DNA of 62,973 bases, counting the filler, from Aduncisulcus paluster (Eukaryota): the NCBI GenBank assembly GCA_024181965.1. It is 11 parts of 11 records of this genome, joined end to end, with 100 filler letters (N's around TTAATTAATTAA, not from the genome) between each part and the next. Parts side by side here need not be neighbours in the genome. Positions count along the whole stretch, not along the records: positions 21,302 to 24,421 come from BQXS01000123.1; positions 24,522 to 29,730 come from BQXS01000124.1; positions 29,831 to 32,659 come from BQXS01000125.1; positions 32,760 to 35,700 come from BQXS01000126.1; 7 more parts are not named here. The stretch is one strand, 5' to 3'. Under the pieces are notes generated by a model that saw only the letters and a program-made list of their open reading frames with translations, ran no database searches and was not told the origin of the DNA. Shown piece by piece: positions 23,995-35,800 of the stretch; position 1 is the stretch's first letter; every line of letters starts with the position of its first letter. The translations under genes were made by a program, and so were the position numbers.

Positions 23995-24521
23995 AGAGCC
24001 AAAACCAACCGGTCGTTATCAATAAAGACTTCTATTACAAAGGATTCTAACTGTTCCTCTATTCTCTGGTATTACAGAACTTTCTTCCACTCTTCAACTA
24101 GAGAGACTCTCTCTGGGTTGTCATTTGAATACTATTCGATTTTCTCCGCTGTGTTCCTTCTGGATCCACAGGCTTGTTCGCGTATGATGGCTCAGCTCAT
24201 TGTAACTTTCAATCCTTCCGCTGTGTAGCCACAACTTCTTTCCTTGAGCGTCTTGAACTCTAAAGAACTCAAATCTCGATTGAACGCAAAACTCTATCTT
24301 GAATCTTCTGATTCTTGCTGAAACTCAAACACACTTCCCTTCCCTCCTCAGTGAGGATCAGGAGATTCTACATTGTTCATGCCAAGGTCTCTCACTGTAC
24401 GTTCAGCACATCACTGTAAAANNNNNNNNNNNNNNNNNNNNNNNNNNNNNNNNNNNNNNNNNNNNTTAATTAATTAANNNNNNNNNNNNNNNNNNNNNNN
24501 NNNNNNNNNNNNNNNNNNNNN

Positions 24522-25250
24522 GACATGTTCGTAAATACCAGAAGTATACGCTTCAAAATCCTCATAAACAACGAACCCAACAACGATGGGACCATTGGCA
24601 TGAATAGAATCCATCATTTGTTCCTCTCCTTCGAGACGAATAACATCAGAAGCATAATATAACTCTGGGGTTGATCCATCATCGCAAGTGGAAGGACAAT
24701 CGGGAATGAATTCTCCATCACCTGAGACATACGGGAAACAATCATCCGTGGTGGTTCCATGAGACATGAAATAATACCCAGCACGACCAGGGTTTCCTCC
24801 ATCACAAGCATTGTCTGTCTTATCACATGAAATAAGCCACTGTGGGGCCAAAAATTCGTCAGAAAGTTTGTCACCTTCAGTCGCAATGCAAAAACGATCC
24901 CCAAAGGACTCAGAAGAGCCGAATGCCCAGCAAGATCCACATGATTCCTGATCACGAATTTCACCAATCATTTCACACCAAGGCCACACTTTTCTTGAAT
25001 CAAAATCATCAGGAAGTGAAACGGGGTCAGAAATAAGCATCTGTTTCCTAGGGAAATATTGAGACGTTGATGGCAGGTCTGGTAAAATTGACTGCATAAA
25101 AACGTCTTTTGTGGGGAATCTGCTACTCGGTCCGGCAGTCCAGAGCGATGTACGAGTCGAAACTTCACGGACGATCGAATCAGTCCAATGGAGACCAAAG
25201 CAGAGGGAAATAAGGGAAATCAAAACTAAAATAAAATAATTAGTCTTCAT
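24522..25250 (-). CDS. CTSB: Cathepsin B-like cysteine protease (papain C1A), 3'-truncated
   Basis: Signal peptide, LPDDFDSRKVWP, QESCGSCWAF active site, CDGG, GPIVVGFVVYEDF. Confidence 0.93.
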
Positions 25251-25308
25251 TATTTCAAAATTATTTATAACTTGAGTTTAATGTGTTTACCAAACCACAC
25301 AAAATTGT

Positions 25309-25853
25309 TGTCCAGTACTACTCTCTAATACCCAATTTTTAATCAATACTTGGTTTCATTGCTTCCTATTCACTCTCGACTCCTTTCTAAAATGACTTAG
25401 CTTATTTTAATGGCTCTAGAGAGTAGCATCTTGATGCCTTGTCTTGCTAAATCTTCTCAATATATGTTTGCTGTTGCCTTTTTCAGAAATTTCTATTGAT
25501 TACCGTACACCTATTCCTCCCTACTCCTCGGTTCTCTAGTTACACACTATGTGCAACTTTTGTTCACTAGTTTTTTCACTACATTGTTTACTTGGTAGAG
25601 TTTGCCTTTCGGTGTCTTCGTCTCTATGCTGAATACACTACAATCAGTATCCTTCTTGTCTGAAACTTTATCGTACTGCAGTCAGTCTGTTACCACCTAA
25701 TATACCCTTTAATATCCTTCAATGCCTTTCTTTTCTCTTTTTATTTCTGTCTTTTTAGTATCTCCCCTTCCCTAATGAAGCTTTATTTATCTCCTAGCGG
25801 AGTTTGGAAGATAGTTGGTCCCTAATAAATGCATCCGCGTGTCCAGTACTACT
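25309..25853 (-). mobile_element. Decayed insert bounded by a 14-bp direct repeat, possibly a non-LTR retrotransposon relic
   Basis: TGTCCAGTACTACT at 25309-25322 and 25840-25853. The interior is purine-rich on the minus strand and gives a stop-riddled EE*GGIGVR*SIE...HILRRF resembling the post-RT GGLG motif. Confidence 0.35.
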
Positions 25854-25971
25854 GAAACATAGGCTATGTTTTTCACAATAAATTGGAAAATATCCTTGAA
25901 ATTAGGAGAAATATTATAATCTTTATACATAGAATATTTATTTTCAGCACAAACTTCACCTATCAATTTTC

Positions 25972-27811
25972 TTACTGAGAGAAAACATAATTCATTGTTT
26001 TGATAATTTCTTGTTCTAATGTTTGTACTTTTGTCTTTTTCCCAATGATACTCCTTTCCTTTTCATCAATTAATGTGTCTACTTCTCTTAATTCTGCCTC
26101 GAGTAAACGAATTCTGTCCTCTTGAGCAGCCCTAACCTTGGATAACTCAGCCTTCAATCTCTCCGATTCTTCTTTCCATTGTTTATGCTCATGGATCATG
26201 GATTCACTGTCTTCACGAACGCTGAGAAGAGCATGTCCAAAGGGTGTCACACCTCCAGCTGCTCTCTGTAACAGTTGACCAATGCTCTGAGCATGGGAAG
26301 GATGTGAGAGATCTTCAGTCTCATCAAGCTTCTGTGCCTCCAGAACTTTGGCAACGAGCACACCATGACTCACATTGTCACCCGTAACTCCCTCATCGAC
26401 CACGACAACGCCCATCATCATCCTCGGCAATAGGAGCCTTATCAGCGACTTGGGCTGTTTCTTCCTCCATCTGTTTCTGCTGTTGCATCCTTGTCCTCAT
26501 TCTGGAAGGAGGAGCACGCCTGGCTGTCTTAGGACGGGTCTGACGAATTGATCTGAGTTCCATGGCCTTTCTCTCTTCCTCAGCAAGACGAGGATCAACG
26601 GAAGGCATCTTTATCTGGTCTTGGTCAAATCCTTCATGGGAAACCATCATTGGAGCATGTTTCTCTTGTGGTTTCTCTTTTTCATCATACATGAATGACT
26701 GTTTTTGTGATCTTATACTCTCCCTCTCTTCCCTCTCTTCCATTTCTCTCTCTCTCTTCTCTCTCTCTCTCCTCTCTTTTTCCCTTCTCTCCTTTTCTCT
26801 TTCTTCTCTTTCTTCTCTTTCTTGCTGCTCTTCCATTTCCATCCTTTCTCTTTCTCTCCGCTGTTCTTCTTCTTGTCTAGCTTCTTCATTTCTTGCAGCT
26901 TCCTCCTCTTCTCGCCTTATTTTCTGGTTTTCTTCCTCTATTTTACGTTTTCTCTCTTCTTCAGCTCTTCTCTTAGCTTCTTCAGCCTCTTTCTTTTTCC
27001 TCTCCTCCACTTCGCGATCCTCGCCAGCATCGCCGCCTTGTTCCTTATGTTCGTGCTCTTTCTTACGTTGCATCTTCTCCATNNNNNNNNNNNNNNNNNN
27101 NNCCCTTCTCTCCTTTTCTCTTTCTTCTCTTTCTTCTCTTTCTTGCTGCTCTTCCATTTCCATCCTTTCTCTTTCTCTCCGCTGTTCTTCTTCTTGTCTA
27201 GCTTCTTCATTTCTTGCAGCTTCCTCCTCTTCTCGCCTTATTTTCTGGTTTTCTTCCTCTATTTTACGTTTTCTCTCTTCTTCAGCTCTTCTCTTAGCTT
27301 CTTCAGCCTCTTTCTTTTTCCTCTCCTCCCCTTCGCGATCCTCGCCAGCATCGCCGCCTTGTTCCTTATGTTCGTGCTCTTTCTTACGTTGCATCTTCTC
27401 CATAGCACGCTCATAAGCTGCACTAAGTTTCTCAAGATTGACATCTTTCTGAGAGGCCTCAACAAAGAGGAAAAGAAGATCTAAAGTAGTTTCAATGCCA
27501 GTTCGGTCCAATATACCTGAAATAATATGAGGAATTTTCTCTGGAAGTTTCTTTTTAGTTACCATATATACCAATCGAATTACTTTAGTTAAAAAGTTTC
27601 CTTTTAACTCATTATCAGTCAAAGCCTTTATATCGTCATCTTCACCGAATAATTGATCTGGAGGAAAGCTTGTTTTCTTTCTAGTTTCTCGCACAAGATG
27701 ATAAATGAATTTAAATGAAGGCTTTTCGAAATATTTCTCTTTTAAAGGCATTTTTGAGCCTTCTAATATAGTTTTAAACTCTTCATAGATTTTAGTGACT
27801 TTTTCTTCCAT
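25972..27811 (-). CDS. IFT54: IFT54/TRAF3IP1 (MIP-T3) intraflagellar transport protein, with a 1-nt frameshift near 26412
   Basis: N-terminal CH-like EKPSFKFIYHLV, central RPKTARRAPP, HGVLVAKVLE and a C-terminal coiled coil. An extra G in GGG (26411-26413) separates the two ORFs. Confidence 0.85.
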
Positions 27812-28003
27812 TGTTGCAGGAAAACCACGAAAATGAAAATCGCAAATTGTGCAAGTTCTAATACCGCATTTTATTGAAATTATTTCAGTAAATCTATTCA
27901 TAAGAACACTATTCACATTTAAAATAGCATTGTGGATGCTCCCCTTTCGACACAAAATCCGAGACATCCAAAACTATCTCAAAATATGGATTTTTGACCA
28001 CTA

Positions 28004-28540
28004 ATGGCACCCAAAAAAGGAAAGAAGGGAAAGAAGAAGGCCAAGAAGGATGAGGGAGAACTTACTATAGAAGATAAATATAAAAAAGCTGTCTCGAGGA
28101 TTGAGTCATTAGAAAGAGCGTTAATGACCAAATCTGAAGATACAAATCGCGCGTTTCAGGCCCAACGAGCTCTTCAAGTTCAATTGCAGCATTTTAGAGA
28201 TGAAACAGATAGAGCAAAAGCTCAAAGCCATGATATTCGAATTGAGATGACAAGGCAAGCTAAGATGAATCAAGAAACATTATTTAAAAGAATTCATGCC
28301 GCTGAAGAAAGATCTGGAATTTTAAAAGAGGAAATGGCGGAAATGAAAATGAAATACGAAGAAGAGATAGCAACTCTCTCTGATGTCATAAAACAAAAGG
28401 ACTCAGAAATTCAAGATTTACAAAGAAGAATTGAAGATTTGGCAGCTGAATTTGGCGATATGCTTCACGAAACACTCATTTCAATCGATGAAAAAATTCA
28501 AACAACAGCTGAAGAGTTAGAACCTATGAAGAGGAAATGA
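28004..28540 (+). CDS. DRC12: CCDC153/DRC12-like dynein regulatory complex protein
   Basis: MAPKKGKKGKKK start, IRIEMTRQAKMNQETL, KDSEIQDLQRRIEDLAAEFGDMLHETL. The partial copy at 28605-28811 is a gap artefact. Confidence 0.75.
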   Translation: MAPKKGKKGKKKAKKDEGELTIEDKYKKAVSRIESLERALMTKSEDTNRAFQAQRALQVQLQHFRDETDRAKAQSHDIRIEMTRQAKMNQETLFKRIHAAEERSGILKEEMAEMKMKYEEEIATLSDVIKQKDSEIQDLQRRIEDLAAEFGDMLHETLISIDEKIQTTAEELEPMKRK

Positions 28541-29147
28541 ACGTTGCAACGGCAAAATTAATAACAATTNNNNNNNNNNNNNNNNNNNNATTTTAAAAGA
28601 GGAAATGGCGGAAATGAAAATGAAATACGAAGAAGAGATAGCAACTCTCTCTGATGTCATAAAACAAAAGGACTCAGAAATTCAAGATTTACAAAGAAGA
28701 ATTGAAGATTTGGCAGCTGAATTTGGCGATATGCTTCACGAAACACTCATTTCAATCGATGAAAAAATTCAAACAACAGCTGAAGAGTTAGAACCTATGA
28801 AGAGGAAATGAACGTTGCAACGGCAAAATTAATAACAATTGTATTCATTCATCATTTATTATATCCTCATTTTTCTCAGTATTTTTGGTATTGATACCAA
28901 ATTCTATATCGTGAGATATGAATGAAAAAAAAAATCATGAGTAAAATTTTATGAATATCATTTGAAAGTTATTTCGATTTTTTTTTTTTTTCCCAATTCA
29001 AGAATAACCTACTTCCAGGGCAAAAGCCTGAAAGGATCATCTGCTAATTTTGTGCAAACAGTGGTCTCATTTCTGTTTGAACCATTTTTTCATCTTCTAT
29101 AGTACCTTCATTGAATATTTCAACGTGTTGTATTAAAGGATATTCTG

Positions 29148-29730
29148 ATGAGCGAAAGTGATAGTGCCGATCGGTCTTATAGTCCAGAACCTCCACAGCA
29201 TGACGAAGGTGTCGATGATTATACTGAAGGTGGTTACCATCCAGTTAAATTAGGTGATATATATAAAGGTAATAAGTTTTACTACAAAGTTATGATGAAA
29301 CTTGGTTGGGGTCACTTTTCAACTGTTTGGAAGGCTAAAGTTGTCAATAGTACCGGGGAATCTGTTACCCCAAGTAGATTTGTTGCCCTTAAAATCGTTA
29401 AATCAGAGGAGACTTATACTCAAACAGCTCTGGATGAAGAAGAAATCTTAGAGAAGATAATGCGTGTTATTTCGTCTAAAGAATATGTTTGTGAATATTT
29501 GGAACACTTTGTTATCGAGGGACCAAATGGGAAGCATGAATGCCTTGTATTTGAGCAATTGGGCCATTCTTTGCTAACCATGCTTAAGAGATTCCATATG
29601 CAGGGCCTTCCACTCAATATTGTGAAAAAAATCACCATAGACTCCCTAAAAGGACTGGATGCTCTGCATTCAGCAAATATTATCCATACAGACATTAAAC
29701 CTGAAAATATTTTATTTATGAACCCACCCC
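29148..29730 (+). CDS. SRPK: SR-protein kinase, 3'-truncated
   Basis: DYTEGGYHPV, KLGWGHFSTVW, VALKIVKS..YTQTALDE, GPNGKHECLVFE, IIHTDIKPENIL. Confidence 0.95.
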
Positions 29731-29830
29731 NNNNNNNNNNNNNNNNNNNNNNNNNNNNNNNNNNNNNNNNNNNNTTAATTAATTAANNNNNNNNNNNNNN
29801 NNNNNNNNNNNNNNNNNNNNNNNNNNNNNN

Positions 29831-31175
29831 GATTGGAAACGGAGATTATGGATCAGGAATCTTCGAGACGATATCCTTCCCATCTGTGAGTTCCCTTCAA
29901 TCTCACACAAAACAACGTTAGACAAATCAATAGGCAGGAAATGCCATTCATGTTCATAATCACACACATGTTCAATGGTGGGAAATCCATACTTCTTGTA
30001 CGTTACTTTTCCATCAGAATCCGTGAAAGTGAAGAAAAGCTGAAGAGAACTATCTTCCTTGCCCACACAGATATAAACCCCTTTCAAGGGAGTTGGTGAC
30101 GAGAAAGGGATGGAAAGATGTGATAAAGATAAACGATGCTCAGCATTTCCTTGTAGCATTTCTTGAACAGCCAAACTTTGATCATATCTTGCATGATCTA
30201 TGCTCATACAGTCATCCTTTGCTTTTATATTAGGGAGTGACAGCTTAATAAATGGATCTACAAATGAAATGGGAATAGATCCTTCCAATTTGGAAATATG
30301 CTGGGTCTTTATGATAGGCTATGACAGTTGTTTTTTAGAACAATAGATAGATGGATTGTTTATATTGATGTTGAACAGACAATGGCAATATATCAAACAA
30401 TATAAAAATAAATAAATAAATAAATAAATTATTGTTCAATATAAACAGAAGATATTGAGAAAATATTGAGGGAAAAGATATAAAAGAAACATACGAGTCC
30501 ATCCATTATTGATTTGAAATGATCCAGATGTGATGATCCGTGAGTCATCTTTTGTGGCACTCTTTCAGTTGTTTCTCTAACAAAAGCGAGGGAATGGATT
30601 GAAAAGCTTTCTGGGTGTTTTTGGGGGGTTGTTATTTCACACAGAGCAATGTCAGAAAGATGAATTGGGAGAAAGAACCAACTTGACTCCTTAAATCTAA
30701 ATTCATATCGTTTTAACGTTGTTTTACCATGTAGGGAAGTAAAAGTGAATAAAAGATGAAGAGGAGAAGCCGAAGAATTTAATAAACAGATATATGCACC
30801 TTTTAAAGAGGTCGAACGGGGAAAATGGATTGAGATCTGTGAGAATTCACAAATACAACCTTCTCCATTCAATATTTTCTGAGATTCAGAGGCCATATCG
30901 AATCCATCGAATCCATCACCTCGCCTACCTCCTGTTGTATTGATTCCCTTGGTGGTTCTGATGTCTGGACTGACAATAGTGGGGTCATCTCGAGGAATTG
31001 GGATAGATGCAAGTTCTCCCTCATTAATGAACTCTGGGACAATGATTTCAATCTAATACAGTGGAAATTATCAAAAGCAGAAATGAGGTCAGTACAATAA
31101 TAATAATAATAAAATCATAAGCTATAAGAAGGAAATATGGACACATACATCTGGACTTTCTGAAGGTGAACTCAT
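29831..31175 (-). CDS. Three-exon gene encoding tandem ~160-aa beta-rich domains of unknown function, 3'-truncated
   Basis: Exons 31175-31149 (MSSPSESPD), 31052-30495 and 30318-29831, both junctions phase 0. Two related domains: IPI...KGAYIC...LLFTFT..GK...K.YEF...WFFLPI.LS.I.LCEI. Confidence 0.75.
30319..30494 (-). other. Spliceosomal intron (176 nt)
   Basis: GTATGT...TGTCATAG; joins ORFs 30429-30896 and 29779-30288 in frame. Confidence 0.8.
31053..31148 (-). other. Spliceosomal intron (96 nt)
   Basis: GTATGT...TACTGAC (branch-point-like)...GTATTAG; supplies the missing ATG exon in frame. Confidence 0.75.
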
Positions 31176-32215
31176 TGTAGCGTGACAAAAGGGATGGGGG
31201 AATATTAATAGCTAATCTACAAATTCTTTTTTTAAAAAAAAAAAGATCACACAGAAAACATGGAAAACCCGACAAACAATAAAGAAACAGACGGAATTGA
31301 TGAATCGATGAATCGACCAAAACAACCAAAATAAATAAGGTTGATGGGGACGAAAATGGGTAAAGAAATGGTGGAAAATATATGGTAAGATAATGTTCAA
31401 AGATATGATAATACAAGAAACGTCGCGGCGACCCGTATTGCCAATGACTCGGTCGTTTTGATGTTCTCAAGGGTGAATACGACAGAGGATTGGTCAAATG
31501 GCCGGGATATAATTGACATACAATAAAATAAACGGTCTTTGTGTGTCCAGGAAAGAACGAAAGGAGACAAAATCGAAAAAATAAAAATGGTCGATCCATT
31601 TCATTTCATTTTGGACCCATTCCCGACCTCCCATGTCCGAATGTTTTATGCTACTAACCATAACTATGTAAAATGATTGCCTTGGTTGTGTTTTCCAAGA
31701 AGAGATTTCTCGATATTAGTATATAACCTTCCAGAACTTCCGATAGTCGCTACAACTTCCATTACTCCCTAAGTTGTCAACATGATGTCCATATATCCAT
31801 TTATTATGATTTGTATAAACGCAATTAGTTGCCGATTTTATCATTCTCTTAAAGACTTTGTCTCTGTAGAAAATGGAATCCGATTCGAAATTCGAATCTT
31901 CAAAACATGGTTGTTTGGGGATCTAAATGCCCCATTATCTGGGCTATTGTAACGATGGTCAAATCGATTTCAAGAAGTGGATTGCCACAAAATACAAAAT
32001 TCAAAATTATTCCTGCCTGAAATCGAAGAGAAAATATCAATCTGAAACAGAATTAAATTATAAGACGAAAAATTAATATTATATATAAAACATGAACCAT
32101 TGAATTGAGCCAAGAATGAGATAAACACTTGAGGGAAGTATTTATAATAATTTCTCTTGAGCAACAAATGGATTTGTTTTGCAAAATTTGTTTTGACACA
32201 ATTAAAATCATTAAA

Positions 32216-32659
32216 ATGTTTAAAACAAATAATTTTAATCCCCCTTGGTCCAGAACTATTGCTGGTTATAATAATTCCAGCCATTCTAAGACCAAGTTGA
32301 GATTCACTTCTGCTTGCCTCAGCCCCATTGCTTCCCTGCACATTATTTGGGTATTATTCGCCATTATGCTTGTCCTTCCCATTTATGGTTCCTCTGATGT
32401 CATTCCAGATTCTTTCCTCCTGAATGACGTCTGCCTTGCCCTTGACCATGGAGCTCATTGTGACGACCTGACTTCTGACGACCTCCAAGATCTGACCTCC
32501 CTGAACACGTACTTTGTTGACTCCTTCGCTGGGCTTGGTGGTGCGACGAACCTCACGACGCTGTATGTGAGCAACACGTCGTCCGTGTCCAAACAGATGG
32601 GCACCAGTGACATCGAGCAGCTTCCCACGAGTCTTGAGACGCTGACGCTGAATAACATC
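32216..32659 (+). CDS. Secreted/surface LRR (internalin-like) protein, 3'-truncated
   Basis: Hydrophobic signal segment followed by IPDSFLLNDVC...LTSDDLQDLTSL...GLGGATNLTTLYV...LPTSLETLTLNN. Confidence 0.65.
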
Positions 32660-32759
32660 NNNNNNNNNNNNNNNNNNNNNNNNNNNNNNNNNNNNNNNNN
32701 NNNTTAATTAATTAANNNNNNNNNNNNNNNNNNNNNNNNNNNNNNNNNNNNNNNNNNNN

Positions 32760-35434
32760 CTTGCAGATGATACAACAGCACTTCTTGCAGATGATACAAC
32801 AGCACTTCTTGCAGAGGGTGGGTATGCGTTTGACGATGATTATCTCCCAATGTCTGAGCTTGTGGAGGACGAGGCTCTAGTTTCACCGCTCATCCTTTTA
32901 GAAAGGATGCTCCAAGGCCTCTCTAATCTTTCGAGGGAAATTGTCATTGATGCTCTGCTAAAGAGGATCACTCATAAAACATATCAAAGATACAGAATGG
33001 CACAGATTCGTGATGTATCCCAACCAGACCTACCATCACTAAAGATAATACGACAGTTGAGATCCAAAGTGGTCAGAACTCACCGTCTGTGCCAGTATCA
33101 ATGCCCTAGAAGTCGATTCGATCGTGATGAGTCGTCAATCACACGTAGTGAATCATTTCGTTGGATGTCTCCACTATCATCAATTCCACAATATCTTATG
33201 AAATTGGATACATTTGAACATTTCTCTCCTCATTTAAGTGTTCCAACCATCAGTGATGGACCCATAGTGGGCTCTAAATATTCTCATGCTCTGCACGCAA
33301 TATGCCCAGGACATACTGCTCAAGATGAGAGATGGCGAAGGTTCCTGATCAATCACGACGAGGGAGTCACATGGGAACTGTATCACGATTTCTGTATGAT
33401 ACACCATATCCCCCCCATCTTCTTCATTGGGCTTATGGTATTCATGGATGGTATTGCTATCGACAGAAGGAGGCACAGTGCATTGTGTGTTAGATACACA
33501 TGTTGTAATCTAAAAGAAGAATATCGAAACAAGAATCATGCCTGGCACGAATTATGTGTTGTTGAGGAGTGCGGCACAGAACCATCAATGGCTATCCTAA
33601 AAGAATTGGTAAATGATGCCCTAGCATTGCAAAAGGGAATAAGGATATTGATCGACGGGAAGGAGATAATCATCAAGGGGTATCTCCATCACATTGTCTG
33701 TGACGGAAAACAAAAATGGATAAACATGGGAACCCCTAGAGGAGGACATCATCCTTGTACTTGGTGTCATATTGACGGAGAGGCCATGATTTTTGCCGAC
33801 AAGGTTGGAATGAAGAGAAGGTTCTCTCCCTTATCGGAAGATGAACCCATTGACACGATAAGTTATTACGATGAAACTAACCCCCTCATACATTCATGGG
33901 TAAGAGACAGATTGATATTTAGCCCACCCGATCTACATTGTGGCGACTTACTCCATGATCAAGAGTTAGGCATGACCTTAGATACCATAAAATTGTTCGA
34001 ATGTATGCTAACCGACCCCCAACAAAAAATGTTTAATGATCGACTCGAGGCATTTGGTTGCAGAGTTAGGTTGGGAGGAGGTGGGCGGGAGGGAAGTGAC
34101 TGCGCAGAATTCCGGGCGTTTTGCTTCCCATGCATCTGGGAACTTGATCGTATCTCTGTCCGGGGCAACGCTACATTCTCATTCTTATATGATGGTGACA
34201 GATATGCGGATGAAGAACTTTCAACAGTTGGCCGCACATCGATTTTGCGTGTGAATCCAAAGAAACGGAGTGTCCGCAGGAGGGGTGTCACAACTGAAAC
34301 ACATGGTCACCTCCGTTTCAAAGATGTATTATTCATGACAGTTTCGTTGGATGATTATGTTCTTAAAATGGCCATGGCGAAACCTGGAGNNNNNNNNNNN
34401 NNNNNNNNNGATACCATAAAATTGTTCGAATGTATGCTAACCGACCCCCAACAAAAAATGTTTAATGATCGACTCGAGGCATTTGGTTGCAGAGTTAGGT
34501 TGGGAGGAGGTGGGCGGGAGGGAAGTGACTGCGCAGAATTCCGGGCGTTTTGCTTCCCATGCATCTGGGAACTTGATCGTATCTCTGTCCGGGGCAACGC
34601 TACATTCTCATTCTTATATGATGGTGACAGATATGCGGATGAAGAACTTTCAACAGTTGGCCGCACATCGATTTTGCGTGTGAATCCAAAGAAACGGAGT
34701 GTCCGCAGGAGGGGTGTCACAACTGAAACACATGGTCACCTCCGTTTCAAAGATGTATTATTCATGACAGTTTCGTTGGATGATTATGTTCTTAAAATGG
34801 CCATGGCGAAACCTGGAGAGGATGTGAACGAAATTATAGAGTTAGCAAGGATTCATAGGGCGATATGGATTCCTTTATGTGTTCTGGCAAGGGTTATATC
34901 CACCAACAGAGGAATCTCAAAGGTAAAACCACATTACATAACACATATCGAAGAGTGGATAGAGAAATGTGGAAGTCTTCGACACTATTCAGCCCAGGTA
35001 GGGAGCGACTGAATAAGAGTGTAGCTAAATTATATGAAAAGCTACGATCGGCAGCACACAAACACCAGCTAGCCGCAGAAGTTTTGCCTTTTCTGCATAT
35101 AAGCGAAAGCGACGCTCGTGTTCCAGACATATGCTTCAAAGAAGATGACTATTATTTCTTTGACAGTGCCAATGGAGTCATAAAATATCAATCATGTGTT
35201 GATGGCATTGCGAAAGGAACTATCTATACATACTTTGGAGAACAAGTTGAGTTGGCTTGCAGGGGATACGGAGCAAATATAATTGGGTTATATATTTATA
35301 GTCTTACAGCTGACAGTGGATATGTGGCTCTTGCAAGAATAAGTGAGAAAACAAAAGCGGCAACAGCTGGCCAACTTAAGTATGAGGGGATAGATTCAAC
35401 AAAACTTATCGTCCCTGTTAGATCAAGAAAATGA
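32760..35434 (+). mobile_element. CACTA/EnSpm (Plavaka/Mirage-like) DNA transposase, 5'-partial, with a 1-nt frameshift near 35002
   Basis: LMVFMDG (first D), CCNL..EYR, LQKGI, HIVCD (second D), HPCTWC, DLLHDQELG, KPHYITH....IEKCG.L, then SAQVG/ERLNK (E) across a GGG frameshift. A 24-bp in-frame repeat (LADDTTAL x2) lies at 32760-32815. Confidence 0.8.
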
Positions 35435-35641
35435 TAAATATTAAGTCTTAATTAATAAATATACAAAAAATTGAAACAACTTTCAAACCCCCTTAACGCT
35501 GCAATCTAACATCGGGCATTCAAGGCCAGTGAGAATTCCGAATATCGGCTATAGACGACATCTCACGGTAAGAACACCGAGTTTAACCTTTGGGGTAGCA
35601 TCGTTTGCCCGGTACTTGCCGGTTGTTCTACTCTCGAAATT

Positions 35642-35700
35642 GGCCGATAGCGAGATTCGAACCCGGGGTTTACGGAATAAGAGGATGCCGGTCTTCCAGT
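35642..35700 (-). other. tRNA-like 3' half with a Pol III B box, truncated by the scaffold end
   Basis: CGGG-TTCGAAT-CTCG T-arm followed by acceptor-like TATCGGCCA; the anticodon arm is irregular. Confidence 0.4.
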
Positions 35701-35800
35701 NNNNNNNNNNNNNNNNNNNNNNNNNNNNNNNNNNNNNNNNNNNNTTAATTAATTAANNNNNNNNNNNNNNNNNNNNNNNNNNNNNNNNNNNNNNNNNNNN

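Noticed and set aside
26405-26420. Programmed frameshifting in IFT54 (also considered near 35002, 47195 and 16075)
   Set aside because: These are small indels in homopolymer or dinucleotide runs without canonical slippery sites; sequencing error or decay is more likely.
26562-27484. Long Ser/Phe/Leu-rich ORFs (here and at 18323, 43494, 47876, 52148, 59079)
   Set aside because: They are antisense shadows of real genes on the opposite strand, mostly E/K-rich ones.
28590-28840. Second DRC12 copy and the other ~300-bp tandem duplications as real gene duplications
   Set aside because: Each flanks an exactly 20-N gap, the signature of unmerged overlapping contig ends.
32760-32815. 24-bp repeat as a CRISPR-like array
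   Set aside because: Only about 2.3 contiguous copies with no spacers, and it is in-frame coding sequence (LADDTTAL).
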